From: a virus
Taxonomy: Duplodnaviria; Caudoviricetes
Virus record (IMG/VR): IMGVR_UViG_2894625894_000003
Location: 1-64,000 of that record
DNA: 64,000 nucleotides
Strand: one strand, 5' to 3'
The translations under genes and the position numbers were made by a program. Of this stretch, positions 9,835 to 18,830 are shown in pieces (position 1 is the stretch's first letter; each line of letters opens with the position of its first letter). The notes under the pieces are model-generated. The model worked only from the letters and a program-made list of their open reading frames with translations, ran no database searches and was not told where the DNA came from.

Positions 9835-10019
9835 CCCCGATCAAGGTTGAACTGGCTACCTGGTGGAAACAGCTACTCTGCCACCATTACTACCGTTTTA
9901 CTAATCGTATTACCGCCTTCAAACCCAATGGCCGGACGCGTCAAACCCATTCCGGTACCTGTGTTCTGTGTGGTAAAAAACACACCCTTACGGAATGGAT
10001 TTCCTCAACTGGTACCTAG
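9831..10019 (+). CDS. small Cys/His protein
   Basis: LLCHH...CVLCGK; ATGA coupling. Confidence 0.6.
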   Translation: MTPIKVELATWWKQLLCHHYYRFTNRITAFKPNGRTRQTHSGTCVLCGKKHTLTEWISSTGT

Positions 10020-10249
10020 GCCTGCTGAAAGCCTGTTTTGAATACGATATAACCGTTTACTCCCAACCCTGGATCTACTGGGCGTTGTTGGTACCGGTTA
10101 CGTTTTATACGGCCTTTTTCATGGTGAAATGGGCCATTCTTACCCTTCCGTTCTGGTTGCCTATCCGGCTCATGTTCCCCTCGGAAGGAATAAAGATCTC
10201 CTTCAATACCTATAAATATGTCAGAAAACACAAGCCCAGCACCCACTGA
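9995..10249 (+). CDS. small membrane protein
   Basis: Hydrophobic, Trp-rich core. Confidence 0.65.
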   Translation: MDFLNWYLGLLKACFEYDITVYSQPWIYWALLVPVTFYTAFFMVKWAILTLPFWLPIRLMFPSEGIKISFNTYKYVRKHKPSTH

Positions 10250-10481
10250 AACCACTACCGACAAAGTGAATGCCTTCTTCTGGGATGCCGAAAAGAAACA
10301 GACGGTTTATGTGGTCTGTGAGGCTTCGACCGAAAAGCCGATACCCTGCTACGTAATCTGTCCTGTGAATACCCCCCGCAAACTGGTCATCATCCCAACG
10401 GTCCAGTTTGTCGAGCCCCGGTTTACCCCAACCGACTGGACTCCTCCCGTCCAAGCCGGTGCTTCCGCCCCAGCCGTTTAG
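10218..10481 (+). CDS. hypothetical protein
   Basis: ORF packing. Confidence 0.6.
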   Translation: MSENTSPAPTETTTDKVNAFFWDAEKKQTVYVVCEASTEKPIPCYVICPVNTPRKLVIIPTVQFVEPRFTPTDWTPPVQAGASAPAV

Positions 10482-10511
10482 GCTGTCGATTGACCCCATT
10501 CGTGAGTTTAC

Positions 10512-11936
10512 ATGAATGTTAAATCCCTAAGCCCGGAGCAAATCCGGGAACTGGCAGCAATCAGTGATGTCAATAAACGAAAGGATGGGTACCAGAAACT
10601 AGTTGTCGATTTTGCGGCCCGTGTTCGTTACCTGGCAGTGACCATGTTCACCCGGGGTGGCAAAACCGTACTGACTCGTCGGCTTGTCGAACGCTACCGG
10701 GCTGTCCAGCCTAACCGGCTCATTACCGTCATCGTTCCCACCCGTAAGCTCAAAGACGATTGGGAAACCGAGCTGGCGGGTATTCCCAACGTGGAGGTAT
10801 GGGTCATCCATACTTATGTGGGTACCTCGGGTAAGATCCTCTCGGAAGAACACTACCAGTCGGGTGTATTGATTGTCGATGAAGCCCACTGGGTGACGGG
10901 TGAATATTCGATGTACTATTCGACGGTCCTCTCCAAATCGACTTATGACTTTTGTTTGCTGCTGAGTGCCACCCTCAACGAGGAGCAGCTGACATTCCTG
11001 GAAAAACATGGAATTCAGCACCGGTTTGATCTGCCCCTGAAAACGGGCTATCTGCTGGGCGTTGTTCCCCCGTATGAGACCATCAACCTGGCTGTTCCGT
11101 TGACCCCTTCCGAGGAGATTAACTACATCAAAGCCCAGGAAGAATACAACCAGCATACCAAGTTCTTTGAGCAGTACTCCGAGCGGGGAGCCGCCTATCT
11201 GGCCGCTACCTGCATGGCTGGTAAACGGATTACGAAGTTTGATGACCGGACGATGAGTGGGAATGAATGGGCCGATGAAGTGGCCAACTACCTCTCCCTC
11301 AACGAGTTGGTCCCCGACCCAATAACCGGCGGACAGGTCATTGGCGTATCCTTCAAGTGGAATGCAGCCATGCGGTCCCGAAATTCGGTTCTCTACAATG
11401 CCCAGCGGAAGTCACGTTTCGCCCGGGGCTTGTTAAACCGATTGGGTCACCAGCGGATACTGGTATTCTGTTCCAGCATTCACCAGCTGGAAGAAATTGT
11501 TAAACATGATCCGTTAGCCCAGGGATACCACTCGAAGCTAACCAAGAAGCAGAAAAAGGATGCCCTGGATCGGTTTTATGGGGGCCAGTTCCCACACTTA
11601 ATCTCCTGCAAGGCTCTCAATGAGGGATTCACCGTGCACGATGTCCAATGGGGGATTAACCTGTCCATCTCGTCCCAAAGCCGGGAGCTGATTCAAAAGA
11701 TCGGCCGACTACTTGCCTACAATCCGGATCAACCCGATAAACAGGCCCGCATGATAAACCTCTACGTACCCGACTTCACCTACAAAGGCGTCGAGTACCG
11801 TAGCCAGGAAGCTGTTTGGTTAAAAAAGGCCCAGCAGGGACAGATGTTCGTTCAATATATGACCGATCCCTACCTGGTGGTGCCCGATGAGTACCGGGTA
11901 CTTAAACCCCCTATCCTGTACCCGAATGCTGCCTAA
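10512..11936 (+). CDS. superfamily 2 (DEAH-type) helicase
   Basis: TRGGKT, IVDEAH, LSAT, ALNEG, IQKIGR. Confidence 0.92.
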   Translation: MNVKSLSPEQIRELAAISDVNKRKDGYQKLVVDFAARVRYLAVTMFTRGGKTVLTRRLVERYRAVQPNRLITVIVPTRKLKDDWETELAGIPNVEVWVIHTYVGTSGKILSEEHYQSGVLIVDEAHWVTGEYSMYYSTVLSKSTYDFCLLLSATLNEEQLTFLEKHGIQHRFDLPLKTGYLLGVVPPYETINLAVPLTPSEEINYIKAQEEYNQHTKFFEQYSERGAAYLAATCMAGKRITKFDDRTMSGNEWADEVANYLSLNELVPDPITGGQVIGVSFKWNAAMRSRNSVLYNAQRKSRFARGLLNRLGHQRILVFCSSIHQLEEIVKHDPLAQGYHSKLTKKQKKDALDRFYGGQFPHLISCKALNEGFTVHDVQWGINLSISSQSRELIQKIGRLLAYNPDQPDKQARMINLYVPDFTYKGVEYRSQEAVWLKKAQQGQMFVQYMTDPYLVVPDEYRVLKPPILYPNAA

Positions 11937-11972
11937 GCCGGACCTGTCCTACGGGACATGGACGGCTTAGGC
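11931..11972 (+). promoter_or_regulatory. long intercistronic hairpin with cUACGg tetraloop
   Basis: GCCTAAGCCG/CGGCTTAGGC outer stem, TGTCC-TACG-GGACA inner stem, no U-tract. Confidence 0.6.
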
Positions 11973-11991
11973 CTCCTATAAATCCCGGACT

Positions 11992-12651
11992 ATGTTAGAC
12001 TTACTGAGACTATTCAAATATGCGAAAGTAACCGAATTAACCCTCGAAGAACATTGCCTGTTGTACACTGTGTATGTACGGAACCAGTTCCCGGACCAGT
12101 CCGAACTCCTGGAGCTGGCCAACTGGTACTACAACCGGTTTCACTTCTACGACCGCTCCCAGCAGCCCACCAACATTTCCTGGGGGCAAATGATCGAAAA
12201 GCTGATCCGGGATGAATACCTGATTGGTTACCCCGGTTACGCCAAAGTGGGCAAGAATGGTCGGCAGGAGTTCGACATGCGAAAGCTGGAAGCCACCGAC
12301 AAGTTCAAGGAAACCATCATCGATGACGACCGGGAAAAATGGTGGAATCTTTTTCTGGGCATTTACGGAACCAGCTTCTGGATGGCCAAGGAAAACAAAC
12401 CCGTCTCGACGCTGACCACCCCCAAGGAAGTCACCATGGAGGATGTCAAGAGTAAATTCTGGACCTTGTGTGGTAATGGATCCAAATACCACATCGGGCT
12501 GCTGCTGGAGAACGTGGAGGACTACGTCACTCTGTTCAACAACAACATGAGTATCTACAATTTCCTCCGGCAGTACGATTCCCTGATGATTTCCCTGCGG
12601 GCTCACCGGGCCACTCAGGAATCGTCCACCTATAATAATTCGATTATTTAA
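11992..12651 (+). CDS. replication-associated protein upstream of the DnaB-like helicase
   Basis: 219 aa, TAATG-coupled to the helicase; role inferred from position only. Confidence 0.6.
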   Translation: MLDLLRLFKYAKVTELTLEEHCLLYTVYVRNQFPDQSELLELANWYYNRFHFYDRSQQPTNISWGQMIEKLIRDEYLIGYPGYAKVGKNGRQEFDMRKLEATDKFKETIIDDDREKWWNLFLGIYGTSFWMAKENKPVSTLTTPKEVTMEDVKSKFWTLCGNGSKYHIGLLLENVEDYVTLFNNNMSIYNFLRQYDSLMISLRAHRATQESSTYNNSII

Positions 12652-13733
12652 TGGATTTCAGGGATGCCATGCTGTCGATCAAGGCCCGGATCGACATTGA
12701 AGATACCAGTTTACCTATTTCCTTACCCCGGTTCAATGAGTTTCTGGGAGGCATTTCGGACGAAGAAATGTATCTGCTGTTTGGGGCTACGGGCACATCC
12801 AAAACCAAACTGGCCATCAAGTTATTTGTGCTGGATTTGCTCAATCAATATCTGGAGAATCCGGATAACGACTTCCATGTCATCTATGCCACTCTGGAGC
12901 TATCGGCCACCGAGATCTATTACAACATCTTTTGTAATGCCCTTCACCGGCAGACAGGAAATAACTATTCCATTAAGTTTTTCAAAAATAAGATTCAGGA
13001 CGATCCCCTGACGAATGATCGGTACGAGGAGTTTAAGTTGATCATGCCCTGGCTGAAAAAGCTGGACAAGAAGGTTACGATCATCGACCACATCAAACAG
13101 CCCTCTAAACTGTATCAGTACATCCGGTGGAAATTAAACAATGAGTGGGGCACAGTTGACGAGACATCGAATAAGTACGTCAAACATAACCCAAGGAAAA
13201 AGATAATCATCATCACCGACACCATCAATGCCTTGCAAAAAGACACGGAGGATGCTGATGAGTATACCAGTATCAAGAGGTGGTCCAATTACTACTGCAA
13301 ACAGCTGTTGAAAATGTTCTATAAATGTTCGATCATCAACATTCAGCAGTCGGATAAACAGTCCACCACGGTGCAGTATACGGGTAAAGGGGAACGGATC
13401 GAGGATAAGTTTATACCAAGAGTTGAGAATTTGTCGACCGTAAAAACGACCCCGGATGATCATACCACCGTAATTTCCATCTACAACCCCAGTCGGTACG
13501 GTGTCAGTGAATGTGAGGGCTACAAAGTCGGTCCCCTTGGTAATCACTTCCGGTATCTCAACGTATTGAAAAATTCACACGGCGATGAAAACAAAGGGGT
13601 GGGTATTTATATTGACAATGCCCATCTGGAGGCCGTGGAACTGCCCCGGCCCGATCAAATCGATAATCTATGCGGTACCCTCAGTCTGCTTGGTATTGAC
13701 TATTTAAGCCGCCCTGGCGGGTTTGGCTTTTAA
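12651..13733 (+). CDS. DnaB-like replicative helicase (crAss-type)
   Basis: Walker A GATGTSKT, TLEL, IIITD, IQQ and VLKN motifs. Confidence 0.8.
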   Translation: MDFRDAMLSIKARIDIEDTSLPISLPRFNEFLGGISDEEMYLLFGATGTSKTKLAIKLFVLDLLNQYLENPDNDFHVIYATLELSATEIYYNIFCNALHRQTGNNYSIKFFKNKIQDDPLTNDRYEEFKLIMPWLKKLDKKVTIIDHIKQPSKLYQYIRWKLNNEWGTVDETSNKYVKHNPRKKIIIITDTINALQKDTEDADEYTSIKRWSNYYCKQLLKMFYKCSIINIQQSDKQSTTVQYTGKGERIEDKFIPRVENLSTVKTTPDDHTTVISIYNPSRYGVSECEGYKVGPLGNHFRYLNVLKNSHGDENKGVGIYIDNAHLEAVELPRPDQIDNLCGTLSLLGIDYLSRPGGFGF

Positions 13734-13790
13734 CCGGCTACCGCTTAATCAATCCAACAATTTACTAAAAACTCAAAATTCGTCTTAAAA

Positions 13791-13822
13791 CTTGTTAAAT
13801 CCGGTTAAAACCGGTTGTTTTG
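13791..13822 (+). promoter_or_regulatory. putative Bacteroidota-type promoter, possibly giving a leaderless mRNA
   Basis: CTTG-N20-TTGTTTTG ending 4 nt before the ATG at 13827. Confidence 0.4.
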
Positions 13823-13826
13823 TACT

Positions 13827-14525
13827 ATGGCAGAATCGCTCTTAGTCATTGGGCGCTCAGGAACGGGTAAATCCACCTCGGTCCGGGCTTTGAATCCCAA
13901 CGAAACCTTTGTTATCAATGTCGCCAAGAAACAGCTGCCGTTTAAGGGGTCTAAAACTCTCTACACCGACTTCATTCTAGGGGAAGACAAAAAGTCATCG
14001 ACCGGCAACTTGTTCAATACGGACAATCCCAAAAACATCCAGGGAGCCCTCAAACACATCAACGAATTTCGTCCCGATATTAAAAACATTGTCATTGACG
14101 ACATGCAGTACGTAATGACCAATGAGTACATGCGCCGGTCTAAAGAGAAAGGGTTTGACAAGTTTGTGGAAATGTCCTCGAATATGTTTAATACCATCTC
14201 GATGTTGAACGAGCTGCGGGGAGATCTGATGATTGTATGTATGTTCCACCCGGATGTGGACACCGATGAAACAGGCAACCGGATGATCCAGGCCAAAACC
14301 ATCGGGAAAATGTTCGACAAGTACGTTACCCTGGAAGGCTTGTTTGCCATCGTTCTGTATACCTTTTCCCGCCGGGGTGAGTCGAAAATGGAGTACGGTT
14401 TTACCACCCAAAATTCGGGACAGAATACCGGTAAATCCCCTGAAGGTATGTTTGAAGCCGAAGAAATCCCAAACGACCTACAACTCGTGCGGGATATGAT
14501 ATGGGCTTACAATTATGCTACCTAG
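13827..14525 (+). CDS. AAA_24/Sak4-like P-loop ATPase
   Basis: GRSGTGKST, IVIDDMQY, KTIGKM, KSPEGMF, IPNDL. Confidence 0.88.
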   Translation: MAESLLVIGRSGTGKSTSVRALNPNETFVINVAKKQLPFKGSKTLYTDFILGEDKKSSTGNLFNTDNPKNIQGALKHINEFRPDIKNIVIDDMQYVMTNEYMRRSKEKGFDKFVEMSSNMFNTISMLNELRGDLMIVCMFHPDVDTDETGNRMIQAKTIGKMFDKYVTLEGLFAIVLYTFSRRGESKMEYGFTTQNSGQNTGKSPEGMFEAEEIPNDLQLVRDMIWAYNYAT

Positions 14526-14605
14526 AGGCCGTAATTACTAATTCCAGTCTGTATTGTGGTCATTAATTACCATACTCAGCTGGATATACAAAATTTTAGA
14601 TAAAC

Positions 14606-14637
14606 TTTGCATAACCCACTCGAAAGATGTAATTTCA
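14606..14637 (+). promoter_or_regulatory. putative Bacteroidota-type promoter
   Basis: TTTG-N20-TAATTTCA in an intergenic gap. Confidence 0.45.
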
Positions 14638-14657
14638 ATTAAAACCAGACAGGGTCT

Positions 14658-15155
14658 ATGATCAATTTGGATGGGCTGAGATTTATTCCTCAGTCCAACG
14701 TGAAGACCGGGGAGCCTTCCCTGGACAAACTAGTATACGCCACCAATCGAAAAAGGCGGGACTTTGATCTTCGGTACGAAAAAACCAAGAAACGGTTTAC
14801 GATTGGTGGTCAATTTATCGGGGCTGCCAAAGATGAAAACGGTAGACCGGTCTATAACCAACCGGACGAATTAGGTTGGACAGCAGCTATCTACGGCTCC
14901 GACCGGGAACCCAAACTACTCCTGTTAAAAACACCCGCTGAAAGCCCAAACCCGGCTATTCAGGCAAAATTTTTAAAGCAACCCAAAGCCAACTATTTCA
15001 TTTCGGATTACCTGACACTACTGGTAGAAAAAGCCTTTTCTAAAACAGAGTTCTGGACCAGTTCGGAAGATATGTTGTACTTCCGGTTAGAAAAAACCGA
15101 CGTACAGGGATTGGATTATGATGCCTTTATGGTCATCGAAGACCCTGACGTATAG
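14658..15155 (+). CDS. hypothetical protein in the replication module
   Basis: 165-aa ORF. Confidence 0.75.
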   Translation: MINLDGLRFIPQSNVKTGEPSLDKLVYATNRKRRDFDLRYEKTKKRFTIGGQFIGAAKDENGRPVYNQPDELGWTAAIYGSDREPKLLLLKTPAESPNPAIQAKFLKQPKANYFISDYLTLLVEKAFSKTEFWTSSEDMLYFRLEKTDVQGLDYDAFMVIEDPDV

Positions 15156-15160
15156 TTCCA

Positions 15161-15252
15161 AACGCCCGGATCAACCGGGTGTTAATGCCCTCTCGCTTCC
15201 GGGATCTTCCCGGAAGTGGTGGTTCATTGTCTTACGTATAAACTTGAACCAC
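15161..15252 (+). promoter_or_regulatory. structured leader of three tandem hairpins
   Basis: Stems at 15161-15183, 15194-15218 and 15219-15252; G-U pairs favour the + strand RNA. Confidence 0.6.
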
Positions 15253-15254
15253 GC

Positions 15255-15923
15255 ATGTTTTCTTTTGACGACGTTGAAATAACTGAAAGTCCCGTCTTTA
15301 CGGCCATCAAACCCCTCGAAGGGGGAACCCCAAATGTGTTTCTCAAGAAATGGGAATGGACCACACCTGCTGGTAAACTAGCCCGTCTGGAGCTGACCCT
15401 GGAGCGCCGATACAAACCCGAGGGGGCCACTGAAACAGTTGTGGAAACCTCGATCATTCTCTTTAACGACCCTTCTCAGCTGCAATCGGGGGGAGATAAA
15501 CGGCAGGCCATCAGCCTGGAACAGTACGGCCGGATTATTCTGGCCTACCGCAAGGATTTAACGCTGGAGAGCCTCAAAAAACAGATTGGTAAAGTGCCTA
15601 CCTGGGAGGAGTTTACCAAGAAAGCCTTCGCCCTGTTGCCGACTGATTTTGCTACCAAGGAGTCGACCTGGAAGCTGATTTTCTTCCAGGGTAAGGGTCC
15701 AATGTCAATCGATACCAAGTATTGCGTCAAGCTGGGGACTCATACCTTCCCCTGGAATAAGACGTACGACCACACTGCCGAATCTGAGGAAAACCGCAAT
15801 AATCGCCGGTCTAATTCGGGGGGTACTTCTCAACCCGATGACGAGTCGCACTTTGCCGGGGCCGCCCAGGGGGGCAATCCGTTTGCCGGGGGTACTCCTT
15901 CTGACGACGACCTATTCAACTAG
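15255..15923 (+). CDS. putative single-stranded DNA-binding protein
   Basis: Lies between the ATPase and primase; Gly-rich linker and acidic tail PSDDDLFN. Confidence 0.65.
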   Translation: MFSFDDVEITESPVFTAIKPLEGGTPNVFLKKWEWTTPAGKLARLELTLERRYKPEGATETVVETSIILFNDPSQLQSGGDKRQAISLEQYGRIILAYRKDLTLESLKKQIGKVPTWEEFTKKAFALLPTDFATKESTWKLIFFQGKGPMSIDTKYCVKLGTHTFPWNKTYDHTAESEENRNNRRSNSGGTSQPDDESHFAGAAQGGNPFAGGTPSDDDLFN

Positions 15924-15950
15924 GTCCCATTTCCGGTTACTCTCTTTTAA

Positions 15951-15992
15951 AAACCGGCCCATCATTCCGGTGGGCCGGTTTCTTTGTCTCTT
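15951..15992 (+). terminator. intrinsic terminator or attenuator after the SSB gene
   Basis: AAACCGGCCCATC-ATTCC-GGTGGGCCGGTTT then a T-rich run. Confidence 0.7.
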
Positions 15993-17003
15993 ATGTCCGA
16001 GTTTTCCTTTACCGAACTGACCGCTGAGCAGTTTGAAGGGGGTTTTTCACCCACCTGGGACTGGGTATTTGCCCGGGTCTCTCAGGAAGCCGTTATGCAA
16101 TATTACCTGGGCCTGCCGGTACGGTTTGGCCACCACCGGTTTACCTCCCCCCTGCGGGAGGATACCCGGCCGGGTTGCTATTTTCAATGGGAGACAAGTG
16201 GAAAATTAGAATTTAAAGACTGGGCCTGGAAAGCCCACGATGCTGTTGGGGTCGTCCAGAGTCGGTTTCGACTTAACTACAATGATGCCCTCTGGCGGAT
16301 TACCAATGATTTTAAATTACGGGGTTCCTCTCCGGTTCAGTTTGCCCCCCTGCGGGATACCGAAGAGGTTAAACAGCACCGCCGGCTCACCGATTACGTC
16401 ACTATTGCGGTGAAACGACGGCTCTTCCAGAAACGGGAGCTGGACTTCTACAGTCTTCCCGACTGGAAAGCTACCCAGGACGAACTCAACAAACACGATT
16501 TATGGGCTTTATCGGATGTCTGGTGGAACGGTGAACACTGGGTCCAGAACAAAACCGGGGTCATCGGTCATAAGCTCTTTCATCCCGATGGCTGGCAGAT
16601 CTACCGGCCTTTTGCTGACCGGCAATACCGGTTTCGGGCCTCGACGACCGAACGGGTTGTGGGACTTAACTGGCTCCGGAAGGACGATCATTTATTGATC
16701 ACCAAATCGTTCAAGGACTGTTTTTATTTGCGGCTGGCCGGTTTTAATGCCTGCTGTGTGCTGTCGGAAAACAAACTCTTTACCGAGGCCGAATGGAGTG
16801 ACCTCCGCCGGTTTTCAAGCAATCTAATTCTGTTTTATGATAACGACGAGACGGGCCGTAAATGGGCCACCCAATGGGCTAATCAGGAGAAGATCTCCTA
16901 CATCGAACTACCCAAGGAATGGGGTAAGGATTATACGGACCTCTGCAAAGAACAGGGGTTATCGGTTGCCAGGGATTGGTTAGAGTCGTCCATTTATGGA
17001 TAA
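15993..17003 (+). CDS. DNA primase (DnaG-like TOPRIM, crAss-type)
   Basis: SPLREDTRPGC N-domain, LITKSFKD, FYDNDETG, GKDYTD. Confidence 0.88.
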   Translation: MSEFSFTELTAEQFEGGFSPTWDWVFARVSQEAVMQYYLGLPVRFGHHRFTSPLREDTRPGCYFQWETSGKLEFKDWAWKAHDAVGVVQSRFRLNYNDALWRITNDFKLRGSSPVQFAPLRDTEEVKQHRRLTDYVTIAVKRRLFQKRELDFYSLPDWKATQDELNKHDLWALSDVWWNGEHWVQNKTGVIGHKLFHPDGWQIYRPFADRQYRFRASTTERVVGLNWLRKDDHLLITKSFKDCFYLRLAGFNACCVLSENKLFTEAEWSDLRRFSSNLILFYDNDETGRKWATQWANQEKISYIELPKEWGKDYTDLCKEQGLSVARDWLESSIYG

Positions 17004-17036
17004 ATTGTAAAATACCGGATAAATTGGCTAATTTTG
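17004..17036 (+). promoter_or_regulatory. putative Bacteroidota-type promoter
   Basis: ATTG-N21-TAATTTTG; the -7 box matches TAnnTTTG exactly. Confidence 0.55.
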
Positions 17037-17063
17037 TTTCAGTTAGCTATATCCTATCCACCC

Positions 17064-17537
17064 ATGACCTGGCTCTATAATCGTCAACCCATTGAGGAGC
17101 TTCCCTCGGAAGCCTTTGGTTTTGTGTATCTGATCGAGCACCTCCCAAGTAAACGGCGGTATATCGGCCGCAAAAACAAAACCTCGGTTAAAACCAAAAA
17201 GATGACCAAGGCGGACCTGGCCGCTCAGAAGCTGACCTGCCCGCGTTGCCGAAAAACCAAAATGAAGGTTTCGTCCGAATCAGACTGGCGAACCTATTTC
17301 GGTTCTAATCAAACCCTAAAAGAACTCGTTAAACAGGAGCCAACCGCTCATTTCCGGCGAACCATTCTGGAATTGGCCCATGGTCCCAAACACTTAACGT
17401 ATCTGGAGATGAAACACATCTTTGCCCACAATGCCCTGGAAGATCCTCGGTATTTTAATGACAATATTCAAGGAAGTATCTTCCAGCGGGACCTCGTCCC
17501 ACACAAACATGGAGCCGAGGCCGAAGCCGGAGTCTGA
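17064..17537 (+). CDS. GIY-YIG endonuclease (T4 endonuclease II-like)
   Basis: GFVYLI...RYIGRK, ESDWRTYFGSN, YLE, YFNDNI. Confidence 0.85.
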   Translation: MTWLYNRQPIEELPSEAFGFVYLIEHLPSKRRYIGRKNKTSVKTKKMTKADLAAQKLTCPRCRKTKMKVSSESDWRTYFGSNQTLKELVKQEPTAHFRRTILELAHGPKHLTYLEMKHIFAHNALEDPRYFNDNIQGSIFQRDLVPHKHGAEAEAGV

Positions 17538-17985
17538 TTTCCTGCCGGCCCTGCCGGTGTTGCCAATTCTGGAGGGTATCGAACCTAAATCAAAGGAAGA
17601 AATCCAGAGCTGGGCCATGGAGCGGGTCACCGAATTACTAGCCTGGCAAAACACCTTTAAAGTGTTGGATAGTCTGACCCGGCTCAAGGAAATTCTCACG
17701 GTAATGGAGCCCATTGTCCGGGAAGCAGCCTCGACAGAAATGGCCGGTAAACGGGACGCCTTTTACGGTATCACCCTGGAAAAACGAAATGGGGCAGTCC
17801 AATACGATTTTTCGACAGATCCCACCTGGGTGCAACTGGACAAGGCCAAGAAAGACCTGGAGAAATACCTGAAGAAATTAACCGGACCCGCCCAGGAAAC
17901 GGATCCGGAAACGGGGGAGGTAACTACGTTTTACCCACCCGCCAAAACCTACGGCAAGGACTCCCTGGCCGTCAGTCTGAAATAG
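17509..17985 (+). CDS. hypothetical protein
   Basis: ATG at 17509; helical; DPETGEV motif. Confidence 0.7.
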   Translation: MEPRPKPESDFLPALPVLPILEGIEPKSKEEIQSWAMERVTELLAWQNTFKVLDSLTRLKEILTVMEPIVREAASTEMAGKRDAFYGITLEKRNGAVQYDFSTDPTWVQLDKAKKDLEKYLKKLTGPAQETDPETGEVTTFYPPAKTYGKDSLAVSLK

Positions 17986-18006
17986 CCGGTTAGATACCGG
18001 TTTTTT
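17984..18006 (+). terminator. intrinsic terminator
   Basis: AGCCGGT-TAGAT-ACCGGTT followed by TTTT. Confidence 0.55.
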
Positions 18007-18063
18007 CGGGCTTCCTGACTACTCAAGAGTGGGTAGTTACTTGGTTCTTTGACGTATTGGATT

Positions 18064-18471
18064 ATGGAAAAATTACCAAAAACCCGGAAAGCCTATGAGC
18101 AGACACTTCGTCAGGTGGCCGAATCGGCCCATGGCTATGTCTACGAGATTTCCTATAACAGCCATGTGCTAGGCTATGAGGTATTTCAAAAGCGGACTGA
18201 GCTGGCCGGCAGTACCACCATCCATGGAAAGATGGTCAGCTGGCCCGATCGGGAAGTGTATCCCAGTAGTTCGGATTTCGGAGACTGGGCCTGGGCACCC
18301 CGTTCCCTGGAACGAGCCATGGAAATCCTGGTCAGCTTTACAGCCCGGGTGCAGACCCAAAAACAGGAGAAGGATACAATCTATCCGGCTCCTTCCCCTC
18401 AGCCAGTGCCCAAACCGTCTGTTCGGGACTATCCCGAAATGAGGTTCCATGTACTGGGTTTATTCGCTTAA
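18064..18471 (+). CDS. hypothetical protein
   Basis: YEVF and YPSSSDFGDWAW motifs. Confidence 0.7.
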   Translation: MEKLPKTRKAYEQTLRQVAESAHGYVYEISYNSHVLGYEVFQKRTELAGSTTIHGKMVSWPDREVYPSSSDFGDWAWAPRSLERAMEILVSFTARVQTQKQEKDTIYPAPSPQPVPKPSVRDYPEMRFHVLGLFA

Positions 18472-18485
18472 GTAGACGACTATGT

Positions 18486-18812
18486 ATGTTTCTTAGCCCC
18501 GACAAGGTTGAAGACAGTCTTAAAGACCTGGAAGCCTTTCTGGGTTTGAGTGTAGACAACGAGGATGGAAATGCGGTAGCCGAACGACTGGCCGAATTAA
18601 ATGGCTGGTATACGTACGCCAGCCGGTTGGTAGCTTCGGCTGAATTCCACAAACGAAAAAACAAGAAGGATGATGCCATCTGGTGTATGGCTATACTGGC
18701 TGATAAACTTAGTTCGGCCTGCTCCTACCAGATCCGGTCCCTGATTACCATTCTGTCGGCCCTAAAGGAAGACCGGCGAATTCACAGCCTTAACGGCCGT
18801 AATGTCATTTAA
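18486..18812 (+). CDS. hypothetical helical protein
   Basis: ORF packing. Confidence 0.7.
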   Translation: MFLSPDKVEDSLKDLEAFLGLSVDNEDGNAVAERLAELNGWYTYASRLVASAEFHKRKNKKDDAIWCMAILADKLSSACSYQIRSLITILSALKEDRRIHSLNGRNVI

Positions 18813-18830
18813 GTAAAGTTATAATTCGGT

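Noticed and set aside
10599-14411. Long antisense ORFs such as 10599-11156, 12037-12606 and 13961-14407, and + strand ORFs within 53000-63300
   Set aside because: They are shadow frames of well-supported genes and carry no recognisable motifs.
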